Positions 10,557 through 21,810 of a stretch of DNA of 64,000 nucleotides are shown here, one piece after another (positions within the stretch are counted from its first letter, which is position 1; each line of letters begins with the position of its first letter). Source of the DNA: Bdellovibrionales bacterium (GTDB lineage: Bacteria > Bdellovibrionota > Bdellovibrionia > Bdellovibrionales > UBA1609); contig CBDCMT010000001.1 of the NCBI GenBank assembly GCA_965219095.1, positions 2,144,001 to 2,208,000 of the forward strand, given 5' to 3'. Under the pieces are notes generated by a model, which was not told where the DNA came from, did not search any database, and saw only the letters and a list, made by a program, of their open reading frames with translations. The position numbers and the translations under genes are program-made.

Positions 10557-10882
10557 TCTTTTTTTCTGAAGGCTATCGTATTTTTGTCTGCTCTCGAAAG
10601 ATAGATATGCGATGGAGTTTTGAGAGGTTAAGTTATTTGGTAAGAAGTGAGATGAAAGGTGAGATCAACTTGGGAGATCTTTATCTCTTTCTAGGTTTTA
10701 ACAGAAAGAGGTTAAAGGGTCTGTTCTATGATGGGAGTGATCTTGTTTTACTAACAAAGAGGATGGAGAAAAAAAGGTTTATGAGTTTAAGTGATTTAAG
10801 TTTTCCCCAATTAACAAGGAGTGAGCTTAAGCTTTTAGTTCATGGTTCGATTTTAAGAAAGTACGAACCTGAGAAAAGATAA
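10553..10882 (+). CDS. tnpB: IS66 accessory protein TnpB
   Basis: IDMRWSFERL, LYLF, KGLFYDG..LLTKRMEK motifs. Confidence 0.88.
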   Translation: MIFFSEGYRIFVCSRKIDMRWSFERLSYLVRSEMKGEINLGDLYLFLGFNRKRLKGLFYDGSDLVLLTKRMEKKRFMSLSDLSFPQLTRSELKLLVHGSILRKYEPEKR

Positions 10883-10943
10883 TTTTTTTAGATTATTTTT
10901 TTTTAAAATCTTGCAAAACAAAAAAAGACATGTTGACATTAAT

Positions 10944-11996
10944 GTATGCAAATGAGTCTTTTTCCTTATTTAAAAAAAAAAGCGAAAACCCTGAATACAA
11001 ACATCTTCCTTCGTTTGTTCGAGAGGAAAAAGACTCAGAAAATATAAAGTTGATTTTCAATGAATTCATTCACCTTTATAAAAAAAAAATTAAATGAGCT
11101 TAAGAAGAAAAAAGAATTAAAGAAGATCAATTAAAGCTTTTTAATGATGAACAGCTTAGTAAGTTCAAGAAAATAGTATTTGGAAAATCCAGTGAAAAAA
11201 GAAAACTATCTTCTCGTAGTAGAAAGAAGCTTAAAAAGACAATTCTTCTTGAAGCTGAGAGTTTAGTTCCTGCTCCTAAGGAAGAGGAGATGAAGGCTGA
11301 TCTTCCCCTAAAAAAGTGGACAGTTTTTATTACTTTAGTGAGAGCCGTTCAGCGTGTTCTGTTAAAGAACTCTTAGGCTCTTATAAGGGGCTTATTTTAA
11401 CAGATGGATACGTTAGTTATAAAACACACTTTAAGGATGAAAAGGGAATTGATCTTGCTTTTTGTTGGTCTCATGCGAGAAGAAAGTTTATTGACATAGA
11501 ACAGAATTACCCTAAGGAGTGTGGAAAAGTATTAAAGCTTATGGGGGAGATTTTTAAAGTTGAATCAAAGGCAAAAACTTATGAAGAGCTCAAAAGTTTA
11601 AGACAAACAGAATCAAAGGATTTAGTTTTTAAACTTCAGGATCTGTATTATAAGCTTTATGGAAAAGCTCGTCCTGAGAGTGGGTTAAAAAAGGCTATTG
11701 ATTATAGCTTTAATCACTGGGATGGCTTAAATTTATTTTTAGAAAATGAGAAAATTCCTATGACCAACAATGAAGCAGAAAGAACGATTCGACATTCTGT
11801 GATGGGAAGAAAGAACTTTCATGGATCAAGGACTCAGAGAGGGGCTGAAACAGCAGCAGTGCTTTACACTATTGTGGAAAGTTGTAAGAAGGTGGAATTA
11901 GATCCTAAGGACTATATTTTAATGGTTGTGGGAAACTCCCTCGATAAGATACCTATTAAAACGCCTTTTGAGTATACAAGTGAGCTTCGTTCTTAA
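10944..11996 (+). pseudogene. tnpC: IS66 transposase TnpC, frameshifted and internally deleted
   Basis: C-terminal part TDGY, CWSHARRKF, TNNEAERTIR; upstream fragment FGKSSEK in another frame; central domain missing. Confidence 0.85.
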
Positions 11997-12300
11997 AGAA
12001 TAAAGCACAAAGAAAATCAAAATTATGAAAAAAAACTAAGAATTATTCTTTTAAGAACTTCTCTAATACTTTTGTAACGGGGAAGGCCTTAGGAAAACGT
12101 CTTACAACGCCGTTTTACAACAAGATCAATAAAAACTTCTCCTTTAAAATCTAAGAAATATCCTCCTCAGTAGAAGTCAAGGGCTGTTAAGAAACTGACT
12201 TATCGAAAACCCAACCCCCTTTTTTTATATTGAAATAAAGAGGCGATAAGGAATAGGTTTGTCAATAATAGTCAACCTAGACTTCTTGAATAAAGTTTAT

Positions 12301-13791
12301 TTAATACAGTTTCATTTGTGAAAATCTAGACATAAATTCTTCCATGTCTTTTATACTACTAGATAGTTCTGCCATAGAAAGTAGGCTGAACAGTTCAGCG
12401 ATTCGGAAAGAAATTCTACGAGCTTTTTTTTCTTCTTGGATTATACCTTTTGGCATAAGTTGGGATAACTCTTGCAAGATATGAGAAGCAAGTGGGATGG
12501 TTTTTGATTGTATAATGTCAAAACTTTCTGGATATTTTTTAAAAACTCGTACAACATCAAGGCTTAATACGTTGGTAGTTCCCTCCCAAATAGAAAAAAC
12601 TTGAGTATCTCTTAATCGGCGTGGTAGATCGGTATCCTCAATATAACCTGCTCCTCCAAAGCTTTCTAAAACCTCACTGACAACCTTTAAGCACACTTTA
12701 GCTGTGAAAAGTTTGACAACAGGAGTAAGAAGCCTCCATAAAATGATTTCTTCTTCAGAAGCTTTTTTTAACTCTACTTTTTCAAAAAGTTTTACAACAT
12801 AAAAAGTAAAACAAAAGCAAGCTCTTGTTTGTGCTTCTAAATCATCTAAAGTTTCCTTATGGAGAGAGTGTTCTATGAGAGTTTTGCCAAAGGCCTGTCG
12901 TTTCAGAGCGTAATCTTGAGCTAATAACAAAGCACTCCTTGCTTCACTGATAGCACAAACTGCATTGTAAAGACGAGTGGTGTTTAAAACAGGAGATATG
13001 TTTTTAATTCCCTCGCCTAGTTCTCCTACGAGATAAGCTGGTGTTCTTTCAAGCTCTAACTCTGCTGTAGGTAAAGCCTTCGTTCCTAACTTATCCTTAA
13101 GTCTTCTGATTTTTATATTTTGAAGCCTTCCCTTTTCATCTTTTAAACAAATAGCAAATAAACTTAAACCTTGATGTGTTTTAGCCAAAGCTAAAGACAT
13201 ATGCGATGTTGTAGCCGAAGAAAACCACTTTTGCCCTTTTAAATAGTACAAACCCTCTGAAAAGGATGCTTCGGTAAATGTTCTAGACACATCAGAGCCT
13301 CCTGTTATTTCTGTCATCCATTGTCCTGATGTCCAAAAAAAATGAGGATCACGGCTTAACAGATGAGGAATAAAAATCTTCTTTACCTGAGAGTTAGCTT
13401 TTTTTTCTAAAGCTAAAACAGCTCCGTCTGTCATAGCTAAAGGGCAGGAAAAAAACGCACTCATGTGATGGAACACATAAATATGCGACATTTGATAAAG
13501 ACGTGCATGAGGTGTGTTTTCATAAGTCATGGCAATCAAACCCTCTTTAGCAGAAAAGTCGTGCATACTTTGCCATAAAGCTGAAAGCTCTATTTTATCA
13601 CTTCTTTTTCCCCAAGGATCATAAGGTATGTGCTGAGGGTAATGGTAATGAATCCGAGAGTCCCAATTAAGTTTCTTACTAAAACTTTCAAGACGGCTGA
13701 GGTCTTTTATGTGTTGCTTCAAATAAGTTTGCAAAAGAGGGTCACCTTTAAAAAGACAAGGTTTTTGAGGAGGGGTTTGATAAAAACTCAT
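12301..13791 (-). CDS. Acyl-CoA dehydrogenase (AidB-like)
   Basis: CPLAMTDGA, SGQWMTE..GGSDV, RLKDKLGTKALPTAE, GGAGYIED, IWEGTTNV. Confidence 0.9.
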   Translation of the reverse strand: MSFYQTPPQKPCLFKGDPLLQTYLKQHIKDLSRLESFSKKLNWDSRIHYHYPQHIPYDPWGKRSDKIELSALWQSMHDFSAKEGLIAMTYENTPHARLYQMSHIYVFHHMSAFFSCPLAMTDGAVLALEKKANSQVKKIFIPHLLSRDPHFFWTSGQWMTEITGGSDVSRTFTEASFSEGLYYLKGQKWFSSATTSHMSLALAKTHQGLSLFAICLKDEKGRLQNIKIRRLKDKLGTKALPTAELELERTPAYLVGELGEGIKNISPVLNTTRLYNAVCAISEARSALLLAQDYALKRQAFGKTLIEHSLHKETLDDLEAQTRACFCFTFYVVKLFEKVELKKASEEEIILWRLLTPVVKLFTAKVCLKVVSEVLESFGGAGYIEDTDLPRRLRDTQVFSIWEGTTNVLSLDVVRVFKKYPESFDIIQSKTIPLASHILQELSQLMPKGIIQEEKKARRISFRIAELFSLLSMAELSSSIKDMEEFMSRFSQMKLY

Positions 13792-14675
13792 GAACCTAAC
13801 TTCCAGTTCATAAAGTTTTCTCTTTGATGAATAGGGATATACTTTCCTTTTTCATTTTTAGAAATTTGAGAAAGTGCATATTGGCTATCATGAGTATAAA
13901 ACAAATACCAAGAGTCTTTGCAAGCTCTTTTATAAAGACTTTGTTTTTCATCAATGACCTTTTCAGGATAACGATCGTAACCCATAGTTAAAGGGAGGTG
14001 TAACCAAGGGATTCCAGGAATTAAATCTCCGGCAAAAAACACAAGATCTTTGTGTTTTTTAAAACCTACATGAAGTTGTCCCGGTGTATGTCCATAACTT
14101 AAATGAAAGAAAAGTTCTTCAGGAAGCTTTTCAGGTTTTTTATCCTTTTTCACAACCAAAAGCCTTTTTGATTCCTTAAGTAAGGGTACAAGAGAGGGTA
14201 TAAAAGAAGCCCTATCTCTTAAATGAGGTTTTTGAGCACGTTCTAAAGCCACATCCCCTACAACATAACAAGCTTTAGGAAACAAAAGCCTTGGTTTTTT
14301 GTCAGGATCATAAACTGATAAAAGTCCTCCCGCATGATCGAAGTGCAGATGAGATAAAATGACAAAATCAATATCTTCTTCGTTGAGGCCTATGTTCTTT
14401 AAATTCTCTAAAAGAATATGGGTTTTAGGGTTTTGAACACCATACCTTTCAGCTAAAGAAGGTTCAAAAAAAGCTCCAATCCCTGTTTCGCAAAGAATGT
14501 TTACAGAGCCTATTTGAGCAAGCAAAGCTCTACAAGCTAGAGGGATACGGTTTTTTTCATCAGAAGGAAGCCATTTCTTCCATAATTCTTTAGGAACGTT
14601 TCCAAACATAGCTCCCCCATCTAATAGCTGACGATTACCTTCAATAGAGGATAAAATGATAGATTCTTTCATCAT
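13788..14675 (-). CDS. MBL-fold metallo-hydrolase
   Basis: LDGGAMFG, SHLHFDHAGG, GHTPG, GDL motifs. Confidence 0.9.
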   Translation of the reverse strand: MMKESIILSSIEGNRQLLDGGAMFGNVPKELWKKWLPSDEKNRIPLACRALLAQIGSVNILCETGIGAFFEPSLAERYGVQNPKTHILLENLKNIGLNEEDIDFVILSHLHFDHAGGLLSVYDPDKKPRLLFPKACYVVGDVALERAQKPHLRDRASFIPSLVPLLKESKRLLVVKKDKKPEKLPEELFFHLSYGHTPGQLHVGFKKHKDLVFFAGDLIPGIPWLHLPLTMGYDRYPEKVIDEKQSLYKRACKDSWYLFYTHDSQYALSQISKNEKGKYIPIHQRENFMNWKLGS

Positions 14676-14770
14676 TAAGTATTATAGCATAAGCTTTCAT
14701 TTAATCACTACAATGCGTTAAAAACGTCTCATTTTTTCTTCTATAGACATAAGAAAATCCCTTAGAGATA

Positions 14771-16624
14771 ATGAAGTGTATGTCTCAAACACGCCCTTCT
14801 TCAGGCCTCCACTGGATCATTGCAACAGGAATTGTAGGGGCCGATATTGGAACGTCTGTTTTTTATGGTACAGGTATTTTGTTCCCCATTGTAGGTTACT
14901 GGGCACCTTTTTTTATTTTACTTGTGTGTTTTATGATGTGGTTTTTTAAGCGAACCTATGAAGAGGGTTTAGCTTTAAGTCCTTATAACGGTGGATCTTA
15001 TTCCATGGTTTTGAGAAGTTTAGGACGAAGAGTAGCTGTTCTTATAGGAGCTATGACAGTGCTTTCTTACCTTGCTACAGCTACTGTGAGTTCTCTTTCA
15101 GGAGCGTATTATTTCTCAACGCTTTGGGAAAGCTCTTTTGACTCTTCCACCATTGTGCTTATGGCTTTTTTTCCTCTTGTTTTTTTTGGCATCTTGAACT
15201 CAAGAGGTATTAAAGAACCTGCAAAACTTGTGACTGTGATCACGGCCTTGCATTTTGCACTTTTAACCATCATGGCTTTATGGGGTCTTTTTTATTTAGC
15301 TTTTCATTACGAAGCTATTGATTTTACAAGGCTTCAAAACTTACAGTTGAGAAAAGAGTTTACTTTAGGACTTTTTGTTTACGGAGTGGCGGCTGCTTTT
15401 CTAGGGATTACAGGTTTTGAATCAGCGGCACAAATTGTAGAGGAATTACAAGCTCCGGCCCTCCTTACTGTCAAACGCCTTTATAAGGCTGTGATTCTTC
15501 TTGTGTCTTTCACTGCTCCTCTTATTTCTTTTTTGTGTTTGATGATTCTTACAAAAAACGAAGTGAACCAAAACCTCGATTCTCTTCTTTCAGCCTTAGC
15601 TCATAAACTAGGAGGACGTGGTTTTGTGACGGTAATTGTAGTGGATGCAACTTTAACTCTTTTTGCAGCCACTAACACAGCTTTTGTAGGATTCATTGGT
15701 CTCGCCACCACTATGGCCAAACAAGGAAATTTACCTCTTTTTCTTCTATCTCGCTTCCAACATCATTTTCCCTCCGTAAAAGGCTACCCTTTTATTGCTT
15801 TACCTTTTATGTTAATTGCCATGCTCATGACAGCTTTCGTTACAGGGGAAATTGAAGTTGTGGCTAAAGTTTATGAAATTTCTTTTATTTTTGTCATGGT
15901 GAGTTTCTGTATAGGTGTGATTCTTATGAGAAATAGGAAAATTAGAAACAACATTCAAACAGAATACCTTTCCACTTGGATCTTAAAAATAAAAAATAAA
16001 AAAATCCCTATTATACCTTTAGCTTCAGCTCTTGTTTTACTTACAGCTAATGTGGTTTTGTTCTTAAATTCATCAAACCAAGTACATCTTATGTTGCTTT
16101 TTCTCCTGTCTTTTACTCTTTTGATTATGATCTACTACCGATGGGGGGTTTTAGAGAAACGTTTAGAAACTCACAGTGACTTGCGTTTAGGATTAGGAGT
16201 TTATTCGCGAGTCATGGACCTCCCTCACGACTTAAAGAAGTATGTTCTTTGTGCTGGAGGTGTAAATGTGAGGCGACTCATCAACCAGTGTATTGAAGTT
16301 CTCTTAAAGAGGGAGGAAAAATTTGAGCTTATCATTTTTCATGCAGAAGACAGTCCTGAAGAAGAAAAGGAATCCTTTTTCTTTGAATTGCTTCAAAGAG
16401 TGATTTCTCAGCAAATCGCCCCCCTCTATGAAAAACGAGGAGACTTTATTTTAACAGTCAAAGTTTTACCAGGAGGCCTTGAAGAAGGTTTACAAGGTCT
16501 TAAAAAAATCACTCATATTGAAAGAATTTTTTTAGGAGTGGGACGTACTTTAGAGGGAACACAAAAAGCCTCTCAGTCCATTTCTTCTGAAATTCAAATT
16601 GAAACAGAAATCATAGAAAGGTAG
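14771..16624 (+). CDS. APC-family permease (KimA/amino-acid transporter-like)
   Basis: About 12 hydrophobic segments, GADIGTSVFY, GGSY, TGFESAAQ, soluble C-terminal domain. Confidence 0.82.
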   Translation: MKCMSQTRPSSGLHWIIATGIVGADIGTSVFYGTGILFPIVGYWAPFFILLVCFMMWFFKRTYEEGLALSPYNGGSYSMVLRSLGRRVAVLIGAMTVLSYLATATVSSLSGAYYFSTLWESSFDSSTIVLMAFFPLVFFGILNSRGIKEPAKLVTVITALHFALLTIMALWGLFYLAFHYEAIDFTRLQNLQLRKEFTLGLFVYGVAAAFLGITGFESAAQIVEELQAPALLTVKRLYKAVILLVSFTAPLISFLCLMILTKNEVNQNLDSLLSALAHKLGGRGFVTVIVVDATLTLFAATNTAFVGFIGLATTMAKQGNLPLFLLSRFQHHFPSVKGYPFIALPFMLIAMLMTAFVTGEIEVVAKVYEISFIFVMVSFCIGVILMRNRKIRNNIQTEYLSTWILKIKNKKIPIIPLASALVLLTANVVLFLNSSNQVHLMLLFLLSFTLLIMIYYRWGVLEKRLETHSDLRLGLGVYSRVMDLPHDLKKYVLCAGGVNVRRLINQCIEVLLKREEKFELIIFHAEDSPEEEKESFFFELLQRVISQQIAPLYEKRGDFILTVKVLPGGLEEGLQGLKKITHIERIFLGVGRTLEGTQKASQSISSEIQIETEIIER

Positions 16625-16629
16625 AGTTT

Positions 16630-17670
16630 ATGACAAAGAAAATAGGTATTTTAGGGGGAGGTCAGTTAGCTCGCATGCTCACACAAGAGGCTCTTCCTAT
16701 GGGCTTAGAAATCCATGCCTTATCGGAGAGTAAAGATGATCCTGTTGCAAAGGTTTGCCCTTTGTGGAAAAAAGGCTCGTTGAAATCAAAAAGAGATTTA
16801 AAAAAATTTTCGGAAAGAATGGATCTTCTTACTTTTGAAAGTGAATTCTTGAACACAAATCTCTTAAAAACTTTTAAAATAAAACCATCTTTGCGTCTTA
16901 TGACAATCTTACAAGATAAACTTCATCAAAAACTCTTTTTAGAAGAATACAAACTTCCTGTGACTCCCCTTAAAAAAAATCTTCTCTTTCCTTTTGTGGT
17001 AAAGCTCAGAAAACTCAGCTACGATGGTTATGGCACTTTCTTCGTTAACAATTTTGCAGATTTCACAAAACATTCTCTAAACTTTCGGAGCAAGGAATTT
17101 TTGTGGGAAGAAAAAATAGACTTTAAACGAGAATTAGCCATTACGGCTGTTAGAAATAAGAAAAAACAAATTGTTTTCACACCTCTTGTGGAAACCTTTC
17201 AAGAAAAGGGGCGATGTCTCTGGGTCAAAGGGCCTATTCACTTTAAAAAAATAAAAGGAGTAAAAGAAAAAATCAGAAGATTTTTAAACAAGATCCAATA
17301 CGAAGGAGCAATGAGTTTTGAATTTTTTGAAACAAAAAATAAAGAACTTTTCATTAACGAAGTAGCTCCTCGTGTTCATAATTCTTGTCATTACTCTTTA
17401 GATGCTCTCAGTGAAAGTCAGTTTGTCCTTCATTTAAAAGCCATTTTAAATGAAAATTTGACAGAACCGAAACTCCTCTGCAAAAAATTTTGTATGGTGA
17501 ATCTTCTATCGACAGGAAGAAAAAAAATCAAGTTGAGTTGGCCTCAACATGTCCATGTTTATTGGTATGGGAAAAAACACAACAAACCTTATAGAAAAAT
17601 GGGACATATCACTTGTTTAAATCAACCTCTAAGTTTTTTACAAACAAAAAGAAAGGAATTTTTATTATGA
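16630..17670 (+). CDS. purK: N5-carboxyaminoimidazole ribonucleotide synthase
   Basis: [35 protein letters not shown]; directly upstream of purE. Confidence 0.93.
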   Translation: MTKKIGILGGGQLARMLTQEALPMGLEIHALSESKDDPVAKVCPLWKKGSLKSKRDLKKFSERMDLLTFESEFLNTNLLKTFKIKPSLRLMTILQDKLHQKLFLEEYKLPVTPLKKNLLFPFVVKLRKLSYDGYGTFFVNNFADFTKHSLNFRSKEFLWEEKIDFKRELAITAVRNKKKQIVFTPLVETFQEKGRCLWVKGPIHFKKIKGVKEKIRRFLNKIQYEGAMSFEFFETKNKELFINEVAPRVHNSCHYSLDALSESQFVLHLKAILNENLTEPKLLCKKFCMVNLLSTGRKKIKLSWPQHVHVYWYGKKHNKPYRKMGHITCLNQPLSFLQTKRKEFLL

Positions 17671-18152
17671 AAGTAGCTATTATTATGGGAAGTGATTCCG
17701 ATTTACCAAAAATGAAGGAAGGAATTAAACTTTTAAAACAAATGAAGGTTCCCTTAGAGGTAAAAATTGTATCAGCCCACAGAACTCCTTCTTTTATGAA
17801 AGATTATGCTGAAAAAGCTAAAAAAAGAGGGATTCAGATTATCATCGCAGGTGCTGGCGGCTCAGCTCATTTACCCGGCATGGTAGCCTCTCTCTCTCAC
17901 TTACCTGTGATAGGAGTTCCCATTGAAACTAAAAAACTTAAAGGTCTTGATTCCTTACTTTCAATAGCACAGATGCCCAAAGGAGTTCCTGTGGCCACTA
18001 TGGCTATTGATAATTCCTTTAACGCTAGCCTCATGGCAATAAGGATTTTATCTCTTCATAACAAATCGCTTCATAAAAGACTCGAAGCTTTTCAGAAAAA
18101 ACAAGCTTACAAAGTGTCAAAAGCAAATCAAAAATTAAAACGTCTCTTTTAG
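17667..18152 (+). CDS. purE: N5-CAIR mutase
   Basis: [38 protein letters not shown] overlaps the purK stop. Confidence 0.96.
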   Translation: MKVAIIMGSDSDLPKMKEGIKLLKQMKVPLEVKIVSAHRTPSFMKDYAEKAKKRGIQIIIAGAGGSAHLPGMVASLSHLPVIGVPIETKKLKGLDSLLSIAQMPKGVPVATMAIDNSFNASLMAIRILSLHNKSLHKRLEAFQKKQAYKVSKANQKLKRLF

Positions 18153-18264
18153 GAGATAAAAGTCTTTTTTTAAAAACTTTTGAAGTGCTTAAGTTCATTC
18201 CATAAGCCTCTTATTTCGGATCTTTTCTTGCTTACTTTTTATTATAAGTAAAAAAGGGGGAACT

Positions 18265-18447
18265 ATAGATAAATATCATTTACAATATGAATTACAATAC
18301 TTTGGACTTAATCCTAAAGAATGGTTATTCTGTGAACTGAAAAATAACACAGCCGTACTGGTGCATAAAAAACATACCTACTTTAAGTTAAAAGGCATTA
18401 TTGAGAAAGATTCTTGGAAGACCATAGACTGTATCAGTTCTTTTTGA
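18265..18447 (+). CDS. Small hypothetical protein (60 aa) with ATA start, or start-codon-mutated gene
   Basis: Open frame IDKYHLQYELQYFGLNPKEWLF...DSWKTIDCISSF*, preceded by AAGGGGG RBS 4 nt upstream of ATA. Confidence 0.5.
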   Translation: MDKYHLQYELQYFGLNPKEWLFCELKNNTAVLVHKKHTYFKLKGIIEKDSWKTIDCISSF

Positions 18448-18604
18448 AAGATTTAAAAAGGAAAAAATATCTTTTTTTGTAAATAGGAAGTTTTTTTCTT
18501 GACATACTTTCTCATAGATGACTTCGGTCACAACATAAAATAAAAAAAGGACCATCTGTTAAGATAACCCCTTTTAAACATCTGGTTTTAGTGAAAAAGT
18601 GTTT

Positions 18605-19468
18605 TTACTGAAGAAGGAAAAGACCCATCAAGTTGTAAGCATTTTGAGTGGGAATTCCTATGTGAGTAGCTGCTTTTACAAAGAGCTTATGAATTTCAAC
18701 AGGATCTGCTGTTGCTTGTTCCATCTCATCAAATGAAACTCCAGTCATTTCTTGTGCGTACCAATTAGCTGTCTTTCTATCCATGCTATCTGGATCAAGG
18801 CTTGCAAATTCCATAGCTAGCTCTGCTATTACTGGAGCTTTGTCTTCAGACACATTAAACTGAGTGCGTAAGATTTCAGAGAATTTTTCAATTTTATTTT
18901 CTTCTATAAAACCAAGTTCCATTCCTGTATAGTAACCGTAAGTGCCTTTTGTATCGCTGTATTGTTTTCCTGTGTTAGGATCTGTATAAATCTGATTAAT
19001 AATATAGTACCGTATAATTGTATCTCCCTTTACTATGTGAAAAGGGATTTTAAAGATTCTTTTTGATTGTACAAGATTAGTTACAACGTTTTCCCTATAG
19101 TAAGAGCCAATATCAGGATGATTCGGGCCTGTAAAACGGTTAAGATTCACAGCCACATACCCACTCTCAAAGTTGTTTCTGTCATAATAAATAGCATAAC
19201 CTGTTTGGTTAGTCCATGCCCTTAGTAATACAGTATCGTACCTTACACCTTGCTTATGGAAAACCCTATTAAGCTCTTTTGCAAAAAGTCGAGCTAAGTT
19301 TAGATGATCTTCATTTTGTCTTGTCCCCTTATAGTCATCATAGTCATCACCTACGCCTACGCCTAAGTCTAGATGATCTCTATTTTGGCCACCTCTATAG
19401 CCGCCGCAACCTACGAGTAAAAAAGCCCCAAGGATGATTGTCATTAAAGTTTTTGGTATTGTTTTCAT
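18605..19468 (-). CDS. Hypothetical lipoprotein
   Basis: Lipobox LLVGC, GGAGG RBS, 287-aa ORF. Confidence 0.75.
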   Translation of the reverse strand: MKTIPKTLMTIILGAFLLVGCGGYRGGQNRDHLDLGVGVGDDYDDYKGTRQNEDHLNLARLFAKELNRVFHKQGVRYDTVLLRAWTNQTGYAIYYDRNNFESGYVAVNLNRFTGPNHPDIGSYYRENVVTNLVQSKRIFKIPFHIVKGDTIIRYYIINQIYTDPNTGKQYSDTKGTYGYYTGMELGFIEENKIEKFSEILRTQFNVSEDKAPVIAELAMEFASLDPDSMDRKTANWYAQEMTGVSFDEMEQATADPVEIHKLFVKAATHIGIPTQNAYNLMGLFLLQ

Positions 19469-19983
19469 ATTTCCTCCTTCATGTGTAAAGATTAAACTTA
19501 AAAAAATTATATCCTTACTTTTATTTCATGTAAGTGTAGGAAAGAACTCTTACTTCTGTCGGTTTTATCTTTACCACTCACTTATGTTATAACTACAAAG
19601 CTACTAGCAAACCTCTAATATTTTGTCAATAACCTTTTTAAAAAAATGTTTTAATATTTTGCAACATTTGTTTTGTTCTGACTTTGGTATAAATATATTA
19701 AAAGTTTTTTTGAACTTCATTTTTAATTACTGTGCGTTACATAGAAATCAGGGATTCATACCAGTAAAGATTTTAAAGCTTTCTTGCAAAATAAAATTAA
19801 AATGTAGTGGAATAAAAAACATTTCAATGTGCTTGTTTTTACACTATGGATTGCACTGAAAAAGTGGAGTCAAAATTAATGTATACGCAATGCATTAGTT
19901 CTAGATATAATGTGATAGGACAAAGACTTCCCAAAGGGATAACGAACATGAAAAGGATTATTACCTAAAATCCCTCTGAGTTA

Positions 19984-21396
19984 TACCATTTCCAAAAATT
20001 AATTCGACATTTTTTTAACGCATTGCGTCCTGGCTTTTTGATAAAACTCTGTTAAATTTTTAGAGTCATGTCGAAAAAAGATTTAGTTACACAGATTCAA
20101 GGGTATAATTTTCTAGCTACTTACAAAGTAGAAAGAAGTGCCAACATCAAGACAAAATTATTGGCTTTGCAGCATATGCAAGAAGGAAAATCGATTCAAG
20201 AAACAGCAGGTATGGTTTTGTATCACCGTCACAGTATCAAATCCTGGTTACAGTCTTTTTTTGTAGACTTTGATTACGAGGGATTGATAGATCGAGAAGG
20301 CAGAGGACGCAAGCCTCGTTTGCCAGTAACAGAAGAAGAGAGGTTCAAAATCAAGTTAGATGAAATTCAAGACAAAAGAGAGGGAGGAAGCATAGGAGCA
20401 AAGGGAATACAGAAACTTTTAGCAGATGAATTTAACTGTTGCTATTCTCTTTCTGGGGTTTATGTTTCTTTAGACCGCCTTAATATTGTATGGATCAGTG
20501 GTCGTTCTCTTCATCCTAAAAGTTCATTAAGAAGCTATGGAACAGTTTAAGGAACATTTTCCAGAAGAGGTGGAGAAAATAAAAGAAAAGATTCAGACTC
20601 ATAAAATAGAGATTTGGTGGCAGGATGAATGCAGAATAAGCTCAGCAAGGTTCTTTGAGCAGGATTTGGGCAAGAAAAGGCACACGGCCTAGAGTTGTGA
20701 GGCAAAGACAATTTTTATCCACTTATATTTTTGGAGCAGTTTGTCCGGATAAAGATAAAGGCTGTGCTTGGATTTTACCGGAATGTAATTCAGGGATGAT
20801 GCAAATTCACTTAGATGAGATATCTAAAAATATTCAAGAAAACTATCATGGAATTGTTTTAATGGACAGAGCCAGTTGGCATACCACAGAGACTTTGATA
20901 GTTCCTAAGAATTTATCCCTGATGCCTTTACCTCCTTATAGTCCAGAATTAAATCCCATGGAACAAGTCTGGCAACAATTACGAAGGATCAAATTATCGA
21001 ATGCATGTTTTAAAAACTATGACCATATACTGAATACTTGTTGTGAGGCCTGGAATACTTTTTGCGATCAGGAGGGCAGGATTAAAAAATTATGCACTCG
21101 ATCTTGGGCAAAACAACAAGATGAATCAAGCTTGTAAATTAATTTGAACCTATAAATTAAATTGCGTAACTGATTTTTTTCATTTTACATCTTAACCTCA
21201 CTTTTTTACACTTATTTTAACCCATCAATCGATTCACACAACAATAGATATACATAAAATAAACTTATCTTATGAAAACTTAAACTCACCTTAAAAGAAG
21301 TTTTTTTAAAACCTCCTAACTGAAACTTTTCCTTAAGTCAATTTTAAAATTTTAAATTTGAACATGAAAATGTCGAATTAATTTCTGTAATTGGTA
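19984..21396 (+). mobile_element. IS630-family element IS630-A copy 1, transposase frameshifted
   Basis: TIRs TACCATTTCCAAAAATTAATTCGACA / TGTCGAATTAATTTCTGTAATTGGTA; TTA on both sides; ORF pieces 20068-20550 and 20655-21137 (WWQDE, DRASWH, PPYSPELNPMEQVW). Confidence 0.92.
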
Positions 21397-21762
21397 TTAT
21401 AACTAGGTTTGAGCTTTTTCAACAATTTAAACGCCGAAAAAATTTCTTTTTGACGTTTTGATACTTCGGCTAAAATGATCTTATCATTTGCAAGATGGTA
21501 AACTTTAAGTTGATCAAGTGTTCTAAATAACTCCTTTTTAGTAACTTTTTTGTATAACTTTTCTTGATTCATAATTTTATCAATATGAGAAATTAAAATC
21601 AAAGCCAAAAAGTTTATAAAAACACTTCCCTTCATTGAAGTGGATGATTTTACCCTACTCCTTTTTTCAAGAATATTGTGCTTAAAAGATCTAAATAATC
21701 TTTCTATCCCATCTCTACTGCGATAAAGCGATAACACATCCTTCCGATCTAAGCCCCTATTC
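21397..21762 (-). pseudogene. C-terminal fragment of an IS1634/IS4-like transposase
   Basis: LYRSRDGIERLFRSFK..VFINFLALIL..SKRQKEIF. Confidence 0.75.
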
Positions 21763-21810
21763 GCCTCCTCAAAAGAACCTCCGGGAACCCACAGATTCCC
21801 GGGAGGAGCC
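21763..21810. mobile_element. 48-bp ISL3-like TIR-to-TIR scar
   Basis: GCCTCCTCAAAAGAACCTCCGGGAACCCACAGATTCCCGGGAGGAGCC; same termini as 44815-44852. Confidence 0.7.

Larger units (their letters stand above)
10155..12203 (+). mobile_element. IS66-family element (IS66-A; tnpA-tnpB-tnpC), tnpC degraded
   Basis: TIRs GTAAGTCAGTTATCTGACCGCCC / GGGCTGTTAAGAAACTGACTTAT; three-ORF layout. Confidence 0.88.

Noticed and set aside
10520..10882. RNA-guided TnpB nuclease
   Set aside because: This is the small IS66 accessory TnpB, unrelated to IS200/IS605 TnpB; no RuvC motifs
19623..19859. 78-aa ORF
   Set aside because: TTG start without RBS, in AT-rich intergenic or IS-remnant sequence
21763..21810. 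Site-specific recombination site with an invertible 8-bp core
   Set aside because: The opposite core orientation is more simply explained by retention of the left versus right TIR after deletion
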